DNA of 63,483 bases, counting the filler. It is 4 parts of 4 records of this genome, joined end to end, with 100 filler letters (N's around TTAATTAATTAA, not from the genome) between each part and the next. Parts side by side here need not be neighbours in the genome. Positions count along the whole stretch, not along the records: positions 1 to 24,091 come from DRR723986_5252; positions 24,192 to 33,340 come from DRR723986_5256; 2 more parts are not named here. One strand, 5' to 3'. This document shows positions 18,933 to 28,711 of the stretch, piece after piece. The translations under genes and the position numbers were made by a program. The notes below the pieces were generated by a model. The model saw only the letters and a list, made by a program, of their open reading frames with translations. It was not told the origin of the DNA and did not search any database. Numbering within the stretch: the stretch's first letter is position 1; each line of letters begins with the position of its first letter.

Positions 18933-19420
18933 TGAGTTCCCGCACACTCCCCCCCATTTTGCACACAAGCCTGCTTGGTACCTGCGTACTGGTCCTGCTC
19001 TTCGCCAATGTCAGGAATCTGGCACCGGCAGGCGACCATGTTTCATGGACGCCACAGGATGTCGTCCCATCCCTGAAGGCCCCTGCCCTCACAATTCCGC
19101 ACCCCGACAGTCGTGCTGAATGGGTGGGGATCCAAGCACCTCTTTTTTCGCCGGACCGCAAACCGCACACGGCGGGCATCACAGAAGAAGCGTCGATGGA
19201 GACCCCAGCCGGCACAGAACTCAAACTCATGGCCTCGGTTTCGATTGCAGGTGCGCGCAAGGTCGCAATCCTCTCAGGAGATGAGGCTCAAATGATATGG
19301 CTTAAGCCGGGGGACACGCTGTCAGGCTGGCTGCTGGAGAGCGCGACAGATACTCAGGCTGTACTCGAAAAATCGGGAAACAGAGAGACCCTAAGCCTTT
19401 ATCCGACAGTCGACGAATAG
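18932..19420 (+). CDS. T2SS GspC/GspN-like protein
   Basis: one TM; PLFSPDRKP motif; W.KPGDTLSGW.L HR-like domain; lies between gspM and gspD. Confidence 0.65.
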   Translation: MSSRTLPPILHTSLLGTCVLVLLFANVRNLAPAGDHVSWTPQDVVPSLKAPALTIPHPDSRAEWVGIQAPLFSPDRKPHTAGITEEASMETPAGTELKLMASVSIAGARKVAILSGDEAQMIWLKPGDTLSGWLLESATDTQAVLEKSGNRETLSLYPTVDE

Positions 19421-19460
19421 AACGATCCTCTTTTTTCTCAATGCTACTCAGAGTATTTTC

Positions 19461-21659
19461 ATGACACTCCCGCGCCCTGTAAAGCTTATCACACCGGCCC
19501 TTCCCGCGCTCGCTCTGGCAGCTTGCGCGACCCCAAACCATCAACCGCAACTGGCCGCCACTTACCAGTCCGGTATCGCCCAGAACAGTCAGCAGGCGAG
19601 CCGAATTCAGGATACAAATTCAGAGAATCTGACCCAGGAGCCGGCAGAAGGCCTCCCTTCCTCCTCTACGGAAGCGCGACCGTTTTCATTTATACAGTAT
19701 GGCGACCAGGTTACTGAGCAAACGGTCAAAGAGATCGCCCAGGATGCTGAAGAAAACGATATTATCATTAACCTCTCGAATGTGCCGATTGGCGATGCCA
19801 TTCAACATGTTCTCGGCGATATTCTCGGAGAGAACTATGTCCTTGAGGCGAGCCTCGCTGGCGATCTCAGCATTCACACCACCAGTCCAGTGAGCCGCTC
19901 CGGCGCCATTCGCCTCCTGACGAGCGCGCTCAACAGCAAGAATGTAACCCTCGTGCGCGACCAGGGCTTTTACCGCATCGTGCAGACAACACGTAACGAT
20001 CCAAGTACGCAAAAAGCCGGTCAGGTGACCAGGTTCATCTCCACCAAATTTGTCAGCGCCGCATCGCTTGAACCCATCATGGTCGGGATCCATGACTCTG
20101 CCCTGGATGTCTCGATTGATACTGGCCGGAATATGATCATCCTGAAAGGCCAGGAGCGCCTCGTTGCAGATGCTGAAGCGATAATCGATGTTTTCGATGT
20201 CAATTGGATGCGAGGGAAATCAATTGCGGCAAATCCTGTCCGCTTCACTTCTCCGACGCGCATCGTCGAAGAACTCGAAACCCTTTTCGGTTCGGGCCAG
20301 GGCGGCCCTGTTGGTGAATTTGTCCGGTTCATTCCTCTCGATCGGCTGAATACAGTTATTACCATCACTCAGCAGCGCGCTTATATTGATGAGGCTCAGG
20401 CGTGGATTGAGCGGCTCGACCGTTCCGACGGACAGGCAGGCCAAAGGCTTTATGTCCTTCCCGTCGAAAACCGGCCTGCCAGCGAAATCGGAAATATACT
20501 TCGCGATATCATGACGGGCGAAGCTGGCAACACGTCTGAGGCCAGGGCCGGGCTGCATCCGTCGGATACGCCGGTTCTAAGCGGAGACGATATGCCGGCA
20601 GCGGGCCGCCTGACCGACATCAGCGCCTCTAATGGGGGCCTTTCTGGCGGCCAGCCGGCTCCTCGTATCTTTGCGGACGAAGCAAACAATACGCTGGTCG
20701 CATTTGCATCGCCTGAGCAATTTGCTCTGTTGGAACGCGCTGTTTCTCAATTGGACAGAGTGCCGAACCAGGTATTCCTGGAAGTTACCATCGCCGAAAT
20801 TACGCTTTCCGACGATCTGGCATTTGGACTCACCTGGTTTTTCCAGAGCGGCGAGTTCGATATGGGCTTTTCGGACGTTTCCAATGGCGCTGTTGCTTCG
20901 CAGTTCCCAGGCTTTTCCCTTTTGTTTTCTGGCCAGGATGGACGAGCGGCCCTGTCGGCGGTAGCGGGGGCTACAGATGTGAAAATTCTGTCAGCCCCCT
21001 CACTGATGGTGCTCGACAACAGGACCGCAACGCTTCAGGTCGGTGACCAGGTTCCGATCATCACACAGTCTGCTGTCAGCATGACTAATCCTGACGCACC
21101 CATCGTGAATTCAGTCTCCCTGCGAGACACGGGCATCATTCTGAATGTCACACCGCGGGTAAATGATGGCGGCCTGGTGTTGCTGGATATTGATCAGGAA
21201 GTCAGTGACGTTGTTTCCACCCAGTCATCAGGCATCGATTCACCCACAATTCAACAAAGGCGCATTACGACATCTGTCGCCGTCAAGAATGGCTCCAGCA
21301 TCGCGCTTGCCGGACTGATGCGGGAGCGCCTTAGCGATACCGAAACCAAAGTCCCATTCCTTGGAGATCTTCCGCTGCTGGGATCTGCATTCCGGACGCA
21401 GAAGAATTCCGCTCAGCGGACAGAACTTCTCGTTTTGATAACACCCCGCGTTGTGGGCGGACAGGACGAAACAAGTTTCGTAACACAGGACCTTATTCGG
21501 CGAATGCAGAGCCTGGAACGCACTTACTTCCCTGCACAAAGAATTGAAGCGTCTGGAGTCGGCTCCACAAAAGGTGAACTCATCGATGAGGAGGTGCTTT
21601 TCTCGGATGATGTGGTTGCCGAAACGCACGCACAAGCGGAAATCACTACCGGCTCATGA
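19461..21659 (+). CDS. gspD: T2SS secretin D with lipoprotein signal
   Basis: LALAAC lipobox; QVFLEVTIAEI, ILSAPSLMVLDN..ATLQVG, KVPFLGDLPLLG.AF, RTELLVLITPRVV. Confidence 0.95.
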   Translation: MTLPRPVKLITPALPALALAACATPNHQPQLAATYQSGIAQNSQQASRIQDTNSENLTQEPAEGLPSSSTEARPFSFIQYGDQVTEQTVKEIAQDAEENDIIINLSNVPIGDAIQHVLGDILGENYVLEASLAGDLSIHTTSPVSRSGAIRLLTSALNSKNVTLVRDQGFYRIVQTTRNDPSTQKAGQVTRFISTKFVSAASLEPIMVGIHDSALDVSIDTGRNMIILKGQERLVADAEAIIDVFDVNWMRGKSIAANPVRFTSPTRIVEELETLFGSGQGGPVGEFVRFIPLDRLNTVITITQQRAYIDEAQAWIERLDRSDGQAGQRLYVLPVENRPASEIGNILRDIMTGEAGNTSEARAGLHPSDTPVLSGDDMPAAGRLTDISASNGGLSGGQPAPRIFADEANNTLVAFASPEQFALLERAVSQLDRVPNQVFLEVTIAEITLSDDLAFGLTWFFQSGEFDMGFSDVSNGAVASQFPGFSLLFSGQDGRAALSAVAGATDVKILSAPSLMVLDNRTATLQVGDQVPIITQSAVSMTNPDAPIVNSVSLRDTGIILNVTPRVNDGGLVLLDIDQEVSDVVSTQSSGIDSPTIQQRRITTSVAVKNGSSIALAGLMRERLSDTETKVPFLGDLPLLGSAFRTQKNSAQRTELLVLITPRVVGGQDETSFVTQDLIRRMQSLERTYFPAQRIEASGVGSTKGELIDEEVLFSDDVVAETHAQAEITTGS

Positions 21660-22591
21660 AAGCAACACCGCCCTTTCGAGAAGACCAACCTCATTCCGAG
21701 CGCGGCAGCGCGCTTCTGATGGTCGTGTGGGGCATTGGCGCCATGGCTGCCCTTGGCGCAATTATGGCTGCTGATACCCATATGGATATTCAGGAAGCCA
21801 GCGCAGCCAAGCAAATCTTTCTTGCGCGCACTCTGGCCGAAAGCGGGTTGCGTCTCGGTGCACGCAATTGGGAAGCGGGAATCGGCTCAAACTTGCTCCC
21901 TACCCCGCTTCTCTGCGAGACAGACGCGGGGATTCTCCGCATTGAGGTCAGGCCGACAGAAGCGCTGATCAACCTCAATCTCGCATCGGAAGGTCTACTG
22001 GCAGGCTTGTTCGAGGCGCTTGGCACTGACCAGGAAAAAGCCCGCGCACTTTCAGAAGCGGTCATAGATTATCGGGATCCGGATAATCAGACCCGGTCTG
22101 GCCATGACGAAATCGAATTGTACAAGTCTACCGGATTGGCAGGTCCGGCTAATCGCGCGTTCCTCCGCCCATCGGAATTGTCATCTGTTGCAGGTATGCC
22201 TGCGGAATTGGCCATCAGAGCTTTGCCGCATGTCACGACATTCAGCACGACACCAGCAGTCAGTCTGAATTCAGCAGACCCCATCGTCAGAAATGCTGTC
22301 CGGCAATCGCGAGGTCAGACACCATCACAGCCTCTAATCACAGGCTATGAAGACTTCCAAACGATTGGATCTGGTCGCGTTCAGACTGGTGGAAAGCCGA
22401 TCCAGGGCGTCAGCATATTCGTCAGATCGGTCGCCACAACACGCTCAGGTTATACGGCCGTTGCAGAGGCGACAATCGAACGGGACAAATTGTCAGGCCG
22501 GTACTCAAGACCCCTGACTTTTCGCTGGTCTACACTGTCCCCTGACGAAAGCCCCCCTCAAACAGGCACGTCAAATGTGAACTGCTATTAG
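21656..22591 (+). CDS. gspK: T2SS minor pseudopilin K
   Basis: RGSALLMVVW; INLN; AVIDYRDPD; NRAF...SEL..V.GM. Confidence 0.85.
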   Translation: MKATPPFREDQPHSERGSALLMVVWGIGAMAALGAIMAADTHMDIQEASAAKQIFLARTLAESGLRLGARNWEAGIGSNLLPTPLLCETDAGILRIEVRPTEALINLNLASEGLLAGLFEALGTDQEKARALSEAVIDYRDPDNQTRSGHDEIELYKSTGLAGPANRAFLRPSELSSVAGMPAELAIRALPHVTTFSTTPAVSLNSADPIVRNAVRQSRGQTPSQPLITGYEDFQTIGSGRVQTGGKPIQGVSIFVRSVATTRSGYTAVAEATIERDKLSGRYSRPLTFRWSTLSPDESPPQTGTSNVNCY

Positions 22592-22598
22592 TGGCCAA

Positions 22599-23033
22599 TC
22601 AGGAGCCTATATCCGAATCCTCGCCCTCTCCGCCCGGGGCGTTGTCGCGACCATAAGACAGTACAGTATAGCCTCGTGTTCCAGAGCCACCAAATATATA
22701 GGTATACGGATGCCCCCAGGGATCAACAGGGACCGCCTCCTCATCCAGATAGGGACCCGCCCAGCCCGGCACTCCGGGGATGGGCTCTACAAGCGCCTTG
22801 AGCCCCTCTTCACTGGTGGGGTACCTGCCGACGTCGAGAAGATACATGTCGAGCGCAGCTTTGATATTGTCGATCTGAACAGACGCGGTCTGGCTTTTCG
22901 CCCGACTCAGATACCCGATCACGCGCGGTCCAACGACGCCGGCAATCAATGCGAGAATGACCAATGCGATCAACAATTCCATCAGGCTGAAGCCAGACTG
23001 ATTTGTTACTTTGCTCTGTTCCGACGTAATCAT
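22599..23033 (-). CDS. gspG: T2SS major pseudopilin G
   Basis: GFSLMELLI; ALDMY.LDVGRYPT.EEGL.ALV; W.GPYL; DPWG.PY.Y; SYGRD..PGGEGED.DI; AGGAG RBS. Confidence 0.95.
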   Translation of the reverse strand: MITSEQSKVTNQSGFSLMELLIALVILALIAGVVGPRVIGYLSRAKSQTASVQIDNIKAALDMYLLDVGRYPTSEEGLKALVEPIPGVPGWAGPYLDEEAVPVDPWGHPYTYIFGGSGTRGYTVLSYGRDNAPGGEGEDSDIGS

Positions 23034-23184
23034 GGCAACTCCTAGCCTCATACGTTCTGTGTCCGACAAGAAAATTATCATTCGATTACAAACGCTAATT
23101 TATTTCGATGGCCCCAGAAATTGATCAGGTAATTCTCTTCTTGTCAGGTCCAAAACTGGTCACGGCGCGCGACTGGTTACCGCT

Positions 23185-23982
23185 TTGAAAGACGCATGGA
23201 ATTCTCTGCTCCTACTGAACAAGCAGGCACCTATGACATCACTCGACTGGTTCTGTATCCTGGCCGGCTTTGCGGTTGGTTCTTTCATTGCGGCTGCTTT
23301 TGACAGGCAAGAACGCCCACTCCATATTCTGACAGGACCATCCGCCTGCGACAGCTGTGGGACAAGGCTCGCCTGGTATTCACTCGTCCCTGTCATTTCC
23401 TTTTTCAGTCAGGCAGGAAAGTGCCGATCCTGCCAGACAGCTATACCGCTCAGATATCCTGTAACAGAATTGGCGGGAGGGTTGATCGCCCTGCTTTCTG
23501 TCAGTCTGGCACCAGAGCAGCTGGTAGTTGTATCGTGCCTTTTCGGATGGCTACTCCTCGCACTGTGCCTCCACGACTGGATGACATACCGGCTGCCAGA
23601 TTACCTGACACTTTGCCTTGCCGGATTAGGCCTCATTGTCATCTGGCGGTATTTCCCATTGTCCTGGTCTGGACACTTTTCAGGAGGTGCTGTTGCCTAC
23701 GCAACATTCCGATTTATCGAAGCGGCTTATCTTAAACTGAAGGGACGCCACGGCCTGGGACGCGGAGACACAAAACTGTTCGGCGCTGTTGGTATCTGGA
23801 TTGGTGTGTCCGGACTGGCCCCTGCCCTGCTGATCGCGTCTACAGGGGCCTTGTGTCATGTGCTGGTTGCCACGTTCAGAAGCCGAACCCGGCTTAAGGC
23901 AACTCACAAGATTGCCTTCGGCCCCTGGATTGCGGCGGGCGGCTTCCTGACTTGGTTGTGGCAAATCGCGACTGGAGCCTGA
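23185..23982 (+). CDS. gspO: prepilin peptidase (A24)
   Basis: S.CDSC, G.CRSC, YP.TEL, HD....LPD, GLG.GD.KL, IAFGPW. Confidence 0.9.
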   Translation: MKDAWNSLLLLNKQAPMTSLDWFCILAGFAVGSFIAAAFDRQERPLHILTGPSACDSCGTRLAWYSLVPVISFFSQAGKCRSCQTAIPLRYPVTELAGGLIALLSVSLAPEQLVVVSCLFGWLLLALCLHDWMTYRLPDYLTLCLAGLGLIVIWRYFPLSWSGHFSGGAVAYATFRFIEAAYLKLKGRHGLGRGDTKLFGAVGIWIGVSGLAPALLIASTGALCHVLVATFRSRTRLKATHKIAFGPWIAAGGFLTWLWQIATGA

Positions 23983-24061
23983 CAGGAAAGTGAAAGTCTG
24001 ATCTTTCAGGTCTGTATGGCAACTCCAATTGCAGACCAGAAAACAGGGAACGACTACAAAC

Positions 24062-24091
24062 TGAACCGCCCCGGGTTTGCCGGAGGCTCTG
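24062..24091. mobile_element. terminal inverted repeat of an IS3-family (IS51/IS629/IS6110-like) element, cut by the contig end
   Basis: TGAACCGCCCCGGGTTTGCCGGAGGCT matches the recalled TGAACCGCCCCGG....CCGGAGACT terminus. Confidence 0.75.
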
Positions 24092-24191
24092 NNNNNNNNN
24101 NNNNNNNNNNNNNNNNNNNNNNNNNNNNNNNNNNNTTAATTAATTAANNNNNNNNNNNNNNNNNNNNNNNNNNNNNNNNNNNNNNNNNNNN
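24092..24191. other. artificial contig linker
   Basis: 44 N + TTAATTAATTAA (stops in six frames) + 44 N. Confidence 0.98.
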
Positions 24192-24734
24192 GCCCAGATA
24201 ATGATCAATCCGGTAGATCTGATGCTCGGCAAAGCTGCGGCGCAGATCAGCGTTCAGCGCCTGTGCGGAGGCCAGATCATGGCCAAAGGGTTTTTCGACT
24301 ACGATCCGGCTTTCGGCCGTGGCGATGTCATGCTCGTTGAGCTTGGCCGCGATGGTGCCAAACAGGTTGGGTGACACCGACAGGTAAAACGCCCGCACCA
24401 AACCGGGGCGCAGCATCTTGGCCAGGTCCGGCCAGCCCCCTGCCCCCGTTGCATCCACTGCAACATAGCTAAGCTGCTGGAGGAATAGATCGAGCGTTTC
24501 TGCGTTGTCCGGCGCTTCTTTGGCGAACTCCAGCAAGGTGTCCCGCACAGATGCGCGAAACTCTTCTTCGGTCATTTTTGACCGCGCAGCGCCGATGATC
24601 CGGGCCTCCTGCGGCATTTGCCCAACCAAAAACCGGTGGAACAATCCGGGCAGGATTTTTCGGCGGGCAAGATCGCCGGTGACGCCAAAAATGACCAGAT
24701 CAAAAGGGTCTACAGGAATGACGCGCGATACCAT
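24192..24734 (-). CDS. zwf: glucose-6-phosphate 1-dehydrogenase, 5' part (cut by contig end)
   Basis: IFGVTGDLARRK, RIVVEKPFG.DL.SA, YRIDHYLG. Confidence 0.95.
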
Positions 24735-24854
24735 GGTGCGTGGTCCTTTGCGGGTGGCCATTGGCCGGTAAACGTTTGGCACGGCTCAAGTCAGCCCTGC
24801 GGCACAGCGGATCGAAAGACCCTTTTTCGCCCAATAGCACAGCGTTTTACGCAA

Positions 24855-24868
24855 TGATAGCGCTAACA
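24855..24868. promoter_or_regulatory. LacI-type operator upstream of zwf
   Basis: TGATAGCGCTAACA, near-perfect palindrome centred on AGCGCT. Confidence 0.5.
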
Positions 24869-24983
24869 GTGATCGGTTTCGAAAAAATGCAGCCCTTTTG
24901 GAGCGCCGTTTTGGATCCTTCGGAGCATCAGTTTGGCACGGGCCTGATGACTTCGCCATGAAATTGCAGCGCCTCTGCGCCAA

Positions 24984-25892
24984 TCAGGCTTTTTCGGAAA
25001 ACAGATCCTTGGCAGTGTGCAATCGCAGGTGGCGCATAAACGCGCGGGCGACGCTTGGCGCGGGCCGGTGATCGGGCGTGACGAAATAGCTTCGGTATTC
25101 GATCTGGCTTTCAAAACGGCGAAACACCAGATCATCAGACCGGTACTGCACAATCGGAAACGGGTTCACGACCGTCACGCCCAGCCCCGCCTTGGCCAGA
25201 TCCACCGCCGCAAATGAGGTAGACGCCTCTGCGACAATCCGCGGCTTGCTGGCGACCTGATGCAGCACCTTTTCCAGCTGCGCCCGCCGCGCGTGACGAT
25301 GTGACAGCGCCACCAAGGCCTGATCATGCAGATCGCGGGGGTGCACCACATCTTGCACGGCCAACGGATGATCGGGCGGCATCGCACAGACCGCACCAGA
25401 GCGGCGATAGGGTGTCAGCTTGACCCCGTCGCGCGACAGCTCCACCCCGGTCAGCCCCAGATCAAAGCGGTTTTCCAGTATGCCGCGGATCACATCCTCG
25501 GACGGGGACACCTCAAGGCTGACGAAAAAATGCGGATTGGCCTGCAGGAAGGTCGCAATATGTTCCACCAGAAACCTGTGTGCATAGGTCGGTGGCGCAA
25601 TGATGCGCAACGTTTCTTGTGCGACTTGCGGCGGGCCGTCGATCCTGTCCAATGCTTCAAACAGCGGATCAAGGCGGCGGTTCAGCTGGGCCGCCTCATT
25701 CGTGGGGCGCAGACGCCCACCGTCGCGCTCAAAAAGGATCTTGCCGGTGCGGGCCTCAAGGCTGGAGATCGAACGGCTGATGGCGGATTGCGACAACCCC
25801 AGACGGATCGCCGCCTTTGAGGTGGTCCCGCTTTCCATCAAGGCTCTGAGGGCCTGATACTCGGGCAAGCTATGCCATGATTTGACGGCCAT
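24984..25892 (-). CDS. LysR-family regulator
   Basis: HTH TTSKAA.RLGLSQSAISRSI..LE..G..LFER; divergent from the dipeptidase operon. Confidence 0.92.
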   Translation of the reverse strand: MAVKSWHSLPEYQALRALMESGTTSKAAIRLGLSQSAISRSISSLEARTGKILFERDGGRLRPTNEAAQLNRRLDPLFEALDRIDGPPQVAQETLRIIAPPTYAHRFLVEHIATFLQANPHFFVSLEVSPSEDVIRGILENRFDLGLTGVELSRDGVKLTPYRRSGAVCAMPPDHPLAVQDVVHPRDLHDQALVALSHRHARRAQLEKVLHQVASKPRIVAEASTSFAAVDLAKAGLGVTVVNPFPIVQYRSDDLVFRRFESQIEYRSYFVTPDHRPAPSVARAFMRHLRLHTAKDLFSEKA

Positions 25893-25920
25893 CTGCGCTC
25901 TGCGGAATCCTCATCACTCT

Positions 25921-25935
25921 ATGAGAGTTTATCAT
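25921..25935. promoter_or_regulatory. LysR T-N11-A box
   Basis: ATGA-GAGTTTA-TCAT; related copy TCTATGAGAATTTAT at 25950-25964. Confidence 0.55.
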
Positions 25936-26002
25936 GCCATTTTCTGTGGTCTATGAGAATTTATGGCATAAGCTGATCGCAATTCAGGGGGACAAACCAA
26001 AC

Positions 26003-27064
26003 GTGACTGATATGACCCTTCCCGTCATCTTTGACGGGCACAATGACGTGCTGTTGAAACTGCACCGCGCCGGGGGGCTTGCGGCCTCTGCGACATTTGT
26101 AAACGGGCGCGATGGCGCGATTGACACACCCTCCGCGCGGGCCGGCGGGTTCGGCGGCGGGTTCTTTGCGGTCTATGTGCCCTCCCCCAGCAATCTCGAA
26201 TTCAAATACGAGGAAATGTCCAAACCCACCTATGATCTGCCCCTGCCAGAGCAGATAGACTGGGAGGATGCCTTTCCCGTGGTCATGGCGCAGGCGGCGG
26301 TTCTGTTTGATCTGGAAAAGCGCGGGGCACTCAAGGTCTGTCGCACCGTGGCGGAATTGCGGGCCACGCTGGGCAGCGGCAAGCTGGCTGCGATCTTTCA
26401 CATTGAGGGGGCTGAAGCGATTGACGCGGAACTCAATACGCTTGAGATCCTCTATCAGGCTGGCCTTCGGTCCATCGGCCCGGTCTGGAGCAGGCCGACG
26501 ATTTTTGGTCACGGGGTGCCCTTCCGCTATCCCAGCACCGCCGATATCGGGCCGGGGCTGACCGATCACGGGCTGCGTCTGGTCAAACGTTGCGATGAGT
26601 TGGGCATCATGGTCGATCTGTCGCACCTGAACGAGGCCGGATTTTGGGATGTGGCACGCCATTCGAGTAAACCTTTGATCGCCACCCACTCCAATGCCCA
26701 CGCCATTTGCCCGCACAGCCGCAACCTCACCGACAAACAGCTTGCCGCGATCCGCGAAAGCGATGGTATGGTGGGATTGAACTTTGCAGTGGCCTTCCTG
26801 CGCGAGGATGGCCGGATGCTGGATGATGTTCCATTGGAGCAGATGCTGCGCCACCTTGACCATTTGATAGAAAACTTGGGCGAAGACCGGGTCGGCATGG
26901 GATCAGATTATGACGGGGCTGTTGTTCCCGAGGCGCTTACGTCTTGTGCAACGCTGCCCCGATTGAGACAGGCCATGGCAAAACACGGTTACAATGATGC
27001 GTTGATGACCAAACTTTGCCATGGAAACTGGTTGCGTGTGCTTGAAAAAACCTGGGGCGCATAA
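26003..27064 (+). CDS. membrane dipeptidase (peptidase M19)
   Basis: FDGHND, HIEG, VDLSH, ATHSN, SRNLTD, GSDYDG; start GTG 26003 or ATG 26012. Confidence 0.9.
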   Translation: MTDMTLPVIFDGHNDVLLKLHRAGGLAASATFVNGRDGAIDTPSARAGGFGGGFFAVYVPSPSNLEFKYEEMSKPTYDLPLPEQIDWEDAFPVVMAQAAVLFDLEKRGALKVCRTVAELRATLGSGKLAAIFHIEGAEAIDAELNTLEILYQAGLRSIGPVWSRPTIFGHGVPFRYPSTADIGPGLTDHGLRLVKRCDELGIMVDLSHLNEAGFWDVARHSSKPLIATHSNAHAICPHSRNLTDKQLAAIRESDGMVGLNFAVAFLREDGRMLDDVPLEQMLRHLDHLIENLGEDRVGMGSDYDGAVVPEALTSCATLPRLRQAMAKHGYNDALMTKLCHGNWLRVLEKTWGA

Positions 27065-27115
27065 GCCCAAGCCACGTGCATTTGATAACGTAACTGAACG
27101 GGAGAGGTTCTAAAA

Positions 27116-28711
27116 ATGAATGTTATTAACCGATTACTCACAAGCGCCGCGATAGGCATCGCGGTCAGCGTGTCGTCCTTTGCGGCCCATGCTGAAACGC
27201 CAGCCAATATGCTGGTGATTGCCCACCGGATTGACGATGTGACAACCGTCGACCCGGCCGAGAGCTTTGAATTTGCAGGCTCTGACATCAGCCGGAATGT
27301 GTATGGCCGCCTTGTCAATCTTGATCCGCTGGATCTGGGTGCAGGCTACAAGCCGGATCTCGCCGAAAGCTGGGAAGTTTCCGAAGATGGCAAAACCATC
27401 ACCTTCACCATGCGTGAAGGGGTCAAGTTCCACTCTGGCAATCCAGTGCGGGCCGAGGACGCGGCGTTTTCGCTGCAACGCGCGGTGATCCTGAACAAAA
27501 CACCTGCATTCATTCTGACGCAGTTCGGCTTTACCCCTGAGAACGCGACGGAAACCATCCGCGCTGACGGCAACAAGCTCATGATCACGACGGACAAGCG
27601 CTATGCGACTTCCTTTGTGTTGAACTGTCTGACCGCAACCATCGGCGGCATCGTCGACAAAGAAGTGGTCATGGCCAACGAAGTTGACGGCGACATGGGC
27701 AACACATGGCTCAAGACCAACTCCGCCGGGTCCGGCCCATACAAGCTGGACGGCTGGAAGCCCAACGAGAGCGTCACAATGTCCGCCAATGCCGATTACT
27801 ACGGCGGCGCCCCTGCCATGCAGCGTGTGATCGTACGTCACGTTCTGGAAAGCGCCTCGCAGCGTTTGCTGCTGGAACGCGGTGACATCGACATTGCCCG
27901 CAACCTGAACCCCGAAGACATCGCCGGAGCCATGGAAGCGGACGGTGTGGTTGTTTCGGACGAGTTGAAAGGCCGTTTGATGTATCTGGCGTTGAATCAG
28001 AAACATCCCGAACTGTCCAAGCCAGAGGTGCGTCAGGCGTTCAAATATCTGATCGACTACGAAGGTATGCGCGACAGCTTCCTCAAGGGGCAGTACACCA
28101 TTCATCAAAACTTCCTGCCGGCCACCTATCTGGGTGCCTCGGACGAGAACCCGTTCTCCTACAACATCGAAAAGGCCAAAGAACTGCTGGCCGCGGCAGG
28201 TGTTGAGAACCTCGAAGTTGAGATCGGTGTGCGCGAAGCGCAGGAACGTATCGAGATCGGCCAGTCCTTCCAGAACGCGGCAGCGCAAGCCGGGATCAAG
28301 GTCAACATCACCGTTGGCACAGCCAAACAGATCCTCGCCCGTTACCGTGCGCGGGAACTGGATGTCTACCTTGGGGCATGGGGTCCAGACTATCCTGATC
28401 CGCAAACCAATGCAGGCACCTTTGCCTTTAACCCTGACAACTCTGACGCGGCCAATGCGACCGGCCTTTTGGCATGGCGCACCGGTTGGGACACGGGCGG
28501 CCTGACCGAAAAGGTTGCCGCAGCCGTGACAGAGAACGACCGGGACAAGCGGGTTCAGATGTATCTGGATATCCAGAAAGAGTTCCGCGAAACCTCGCCG
28601 TTTGTGGTAATGTTCCAGCAGATCGAACAATCTGCCCTGCGTGACAATGTGACCAACTGGTCCACAGGTCAGGCTGTGACATCCGCCGCTTACTGGCAGG
28701 TGACAAAGTAA
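27116..28711 (+). CDS. peptide ABC transporter substrate-binding protein (family 5)
   Basis: signal peptide; PDLAESWEVSEDG..TF..REGVKFHSG; GSGPY. Confidence 0.93.
   Translation: MNVINRLLTSAAIGIAVSVSSFAAHAETPANMLVIAHRIDDVTTVDPAESFEFAGSDISRNVYGRLVNLDPLDLGAGYKPDLAESWEVSEDGKTITFTMREGVKFHSGNPVRAEDAAFSLQRAVILNKTPAFILTQFGFTPENATETIRADGNKLMITTDKRYATSFVLNCLTATIGGIVDKEVVMANEVDGDMGNTWLKTNSAGSGPYKLDGWKPNESVTMSANADYYGGAPAMQRVIVRHVLESASQRLLLERGDIDIARNLNPEDIAGAMEADGVVVSDELKGRLMYLALNQKHPELSKPEVRQAFKYLIDYEGMRDSFLKGQYTIHQNFLPATYLGASDENPFSYNIEKAKELLAAAGVENLEVEIGVREAQERIEIGQSFQNAAAQAGIKVNITVGTAKQILARYRARELDVYLGAWGPDYPDPQTNAGTFAFNPDNSDAANATGLLAWRTGWDTGGLTEKVAAAVTENDRDKRVQMYLDIQKEFRETSPFVVMFQQIEQSALRDNVTNWSTGQAVTSAAYWQVTK

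Noticed and set aside
24136-24147. TTAATTAATTAA repeated three times in the window
   Set aside because: Assembly linker inside N runs, not a biological repeat or CtrA site
27134-28630. Long antisense ORFs (also 35467-36672, 48352-49617, 50740-52251, 56933-57925)
   Set aside because: All lie opposite well-supported genes in GC-rich DNA; shadow ORFs
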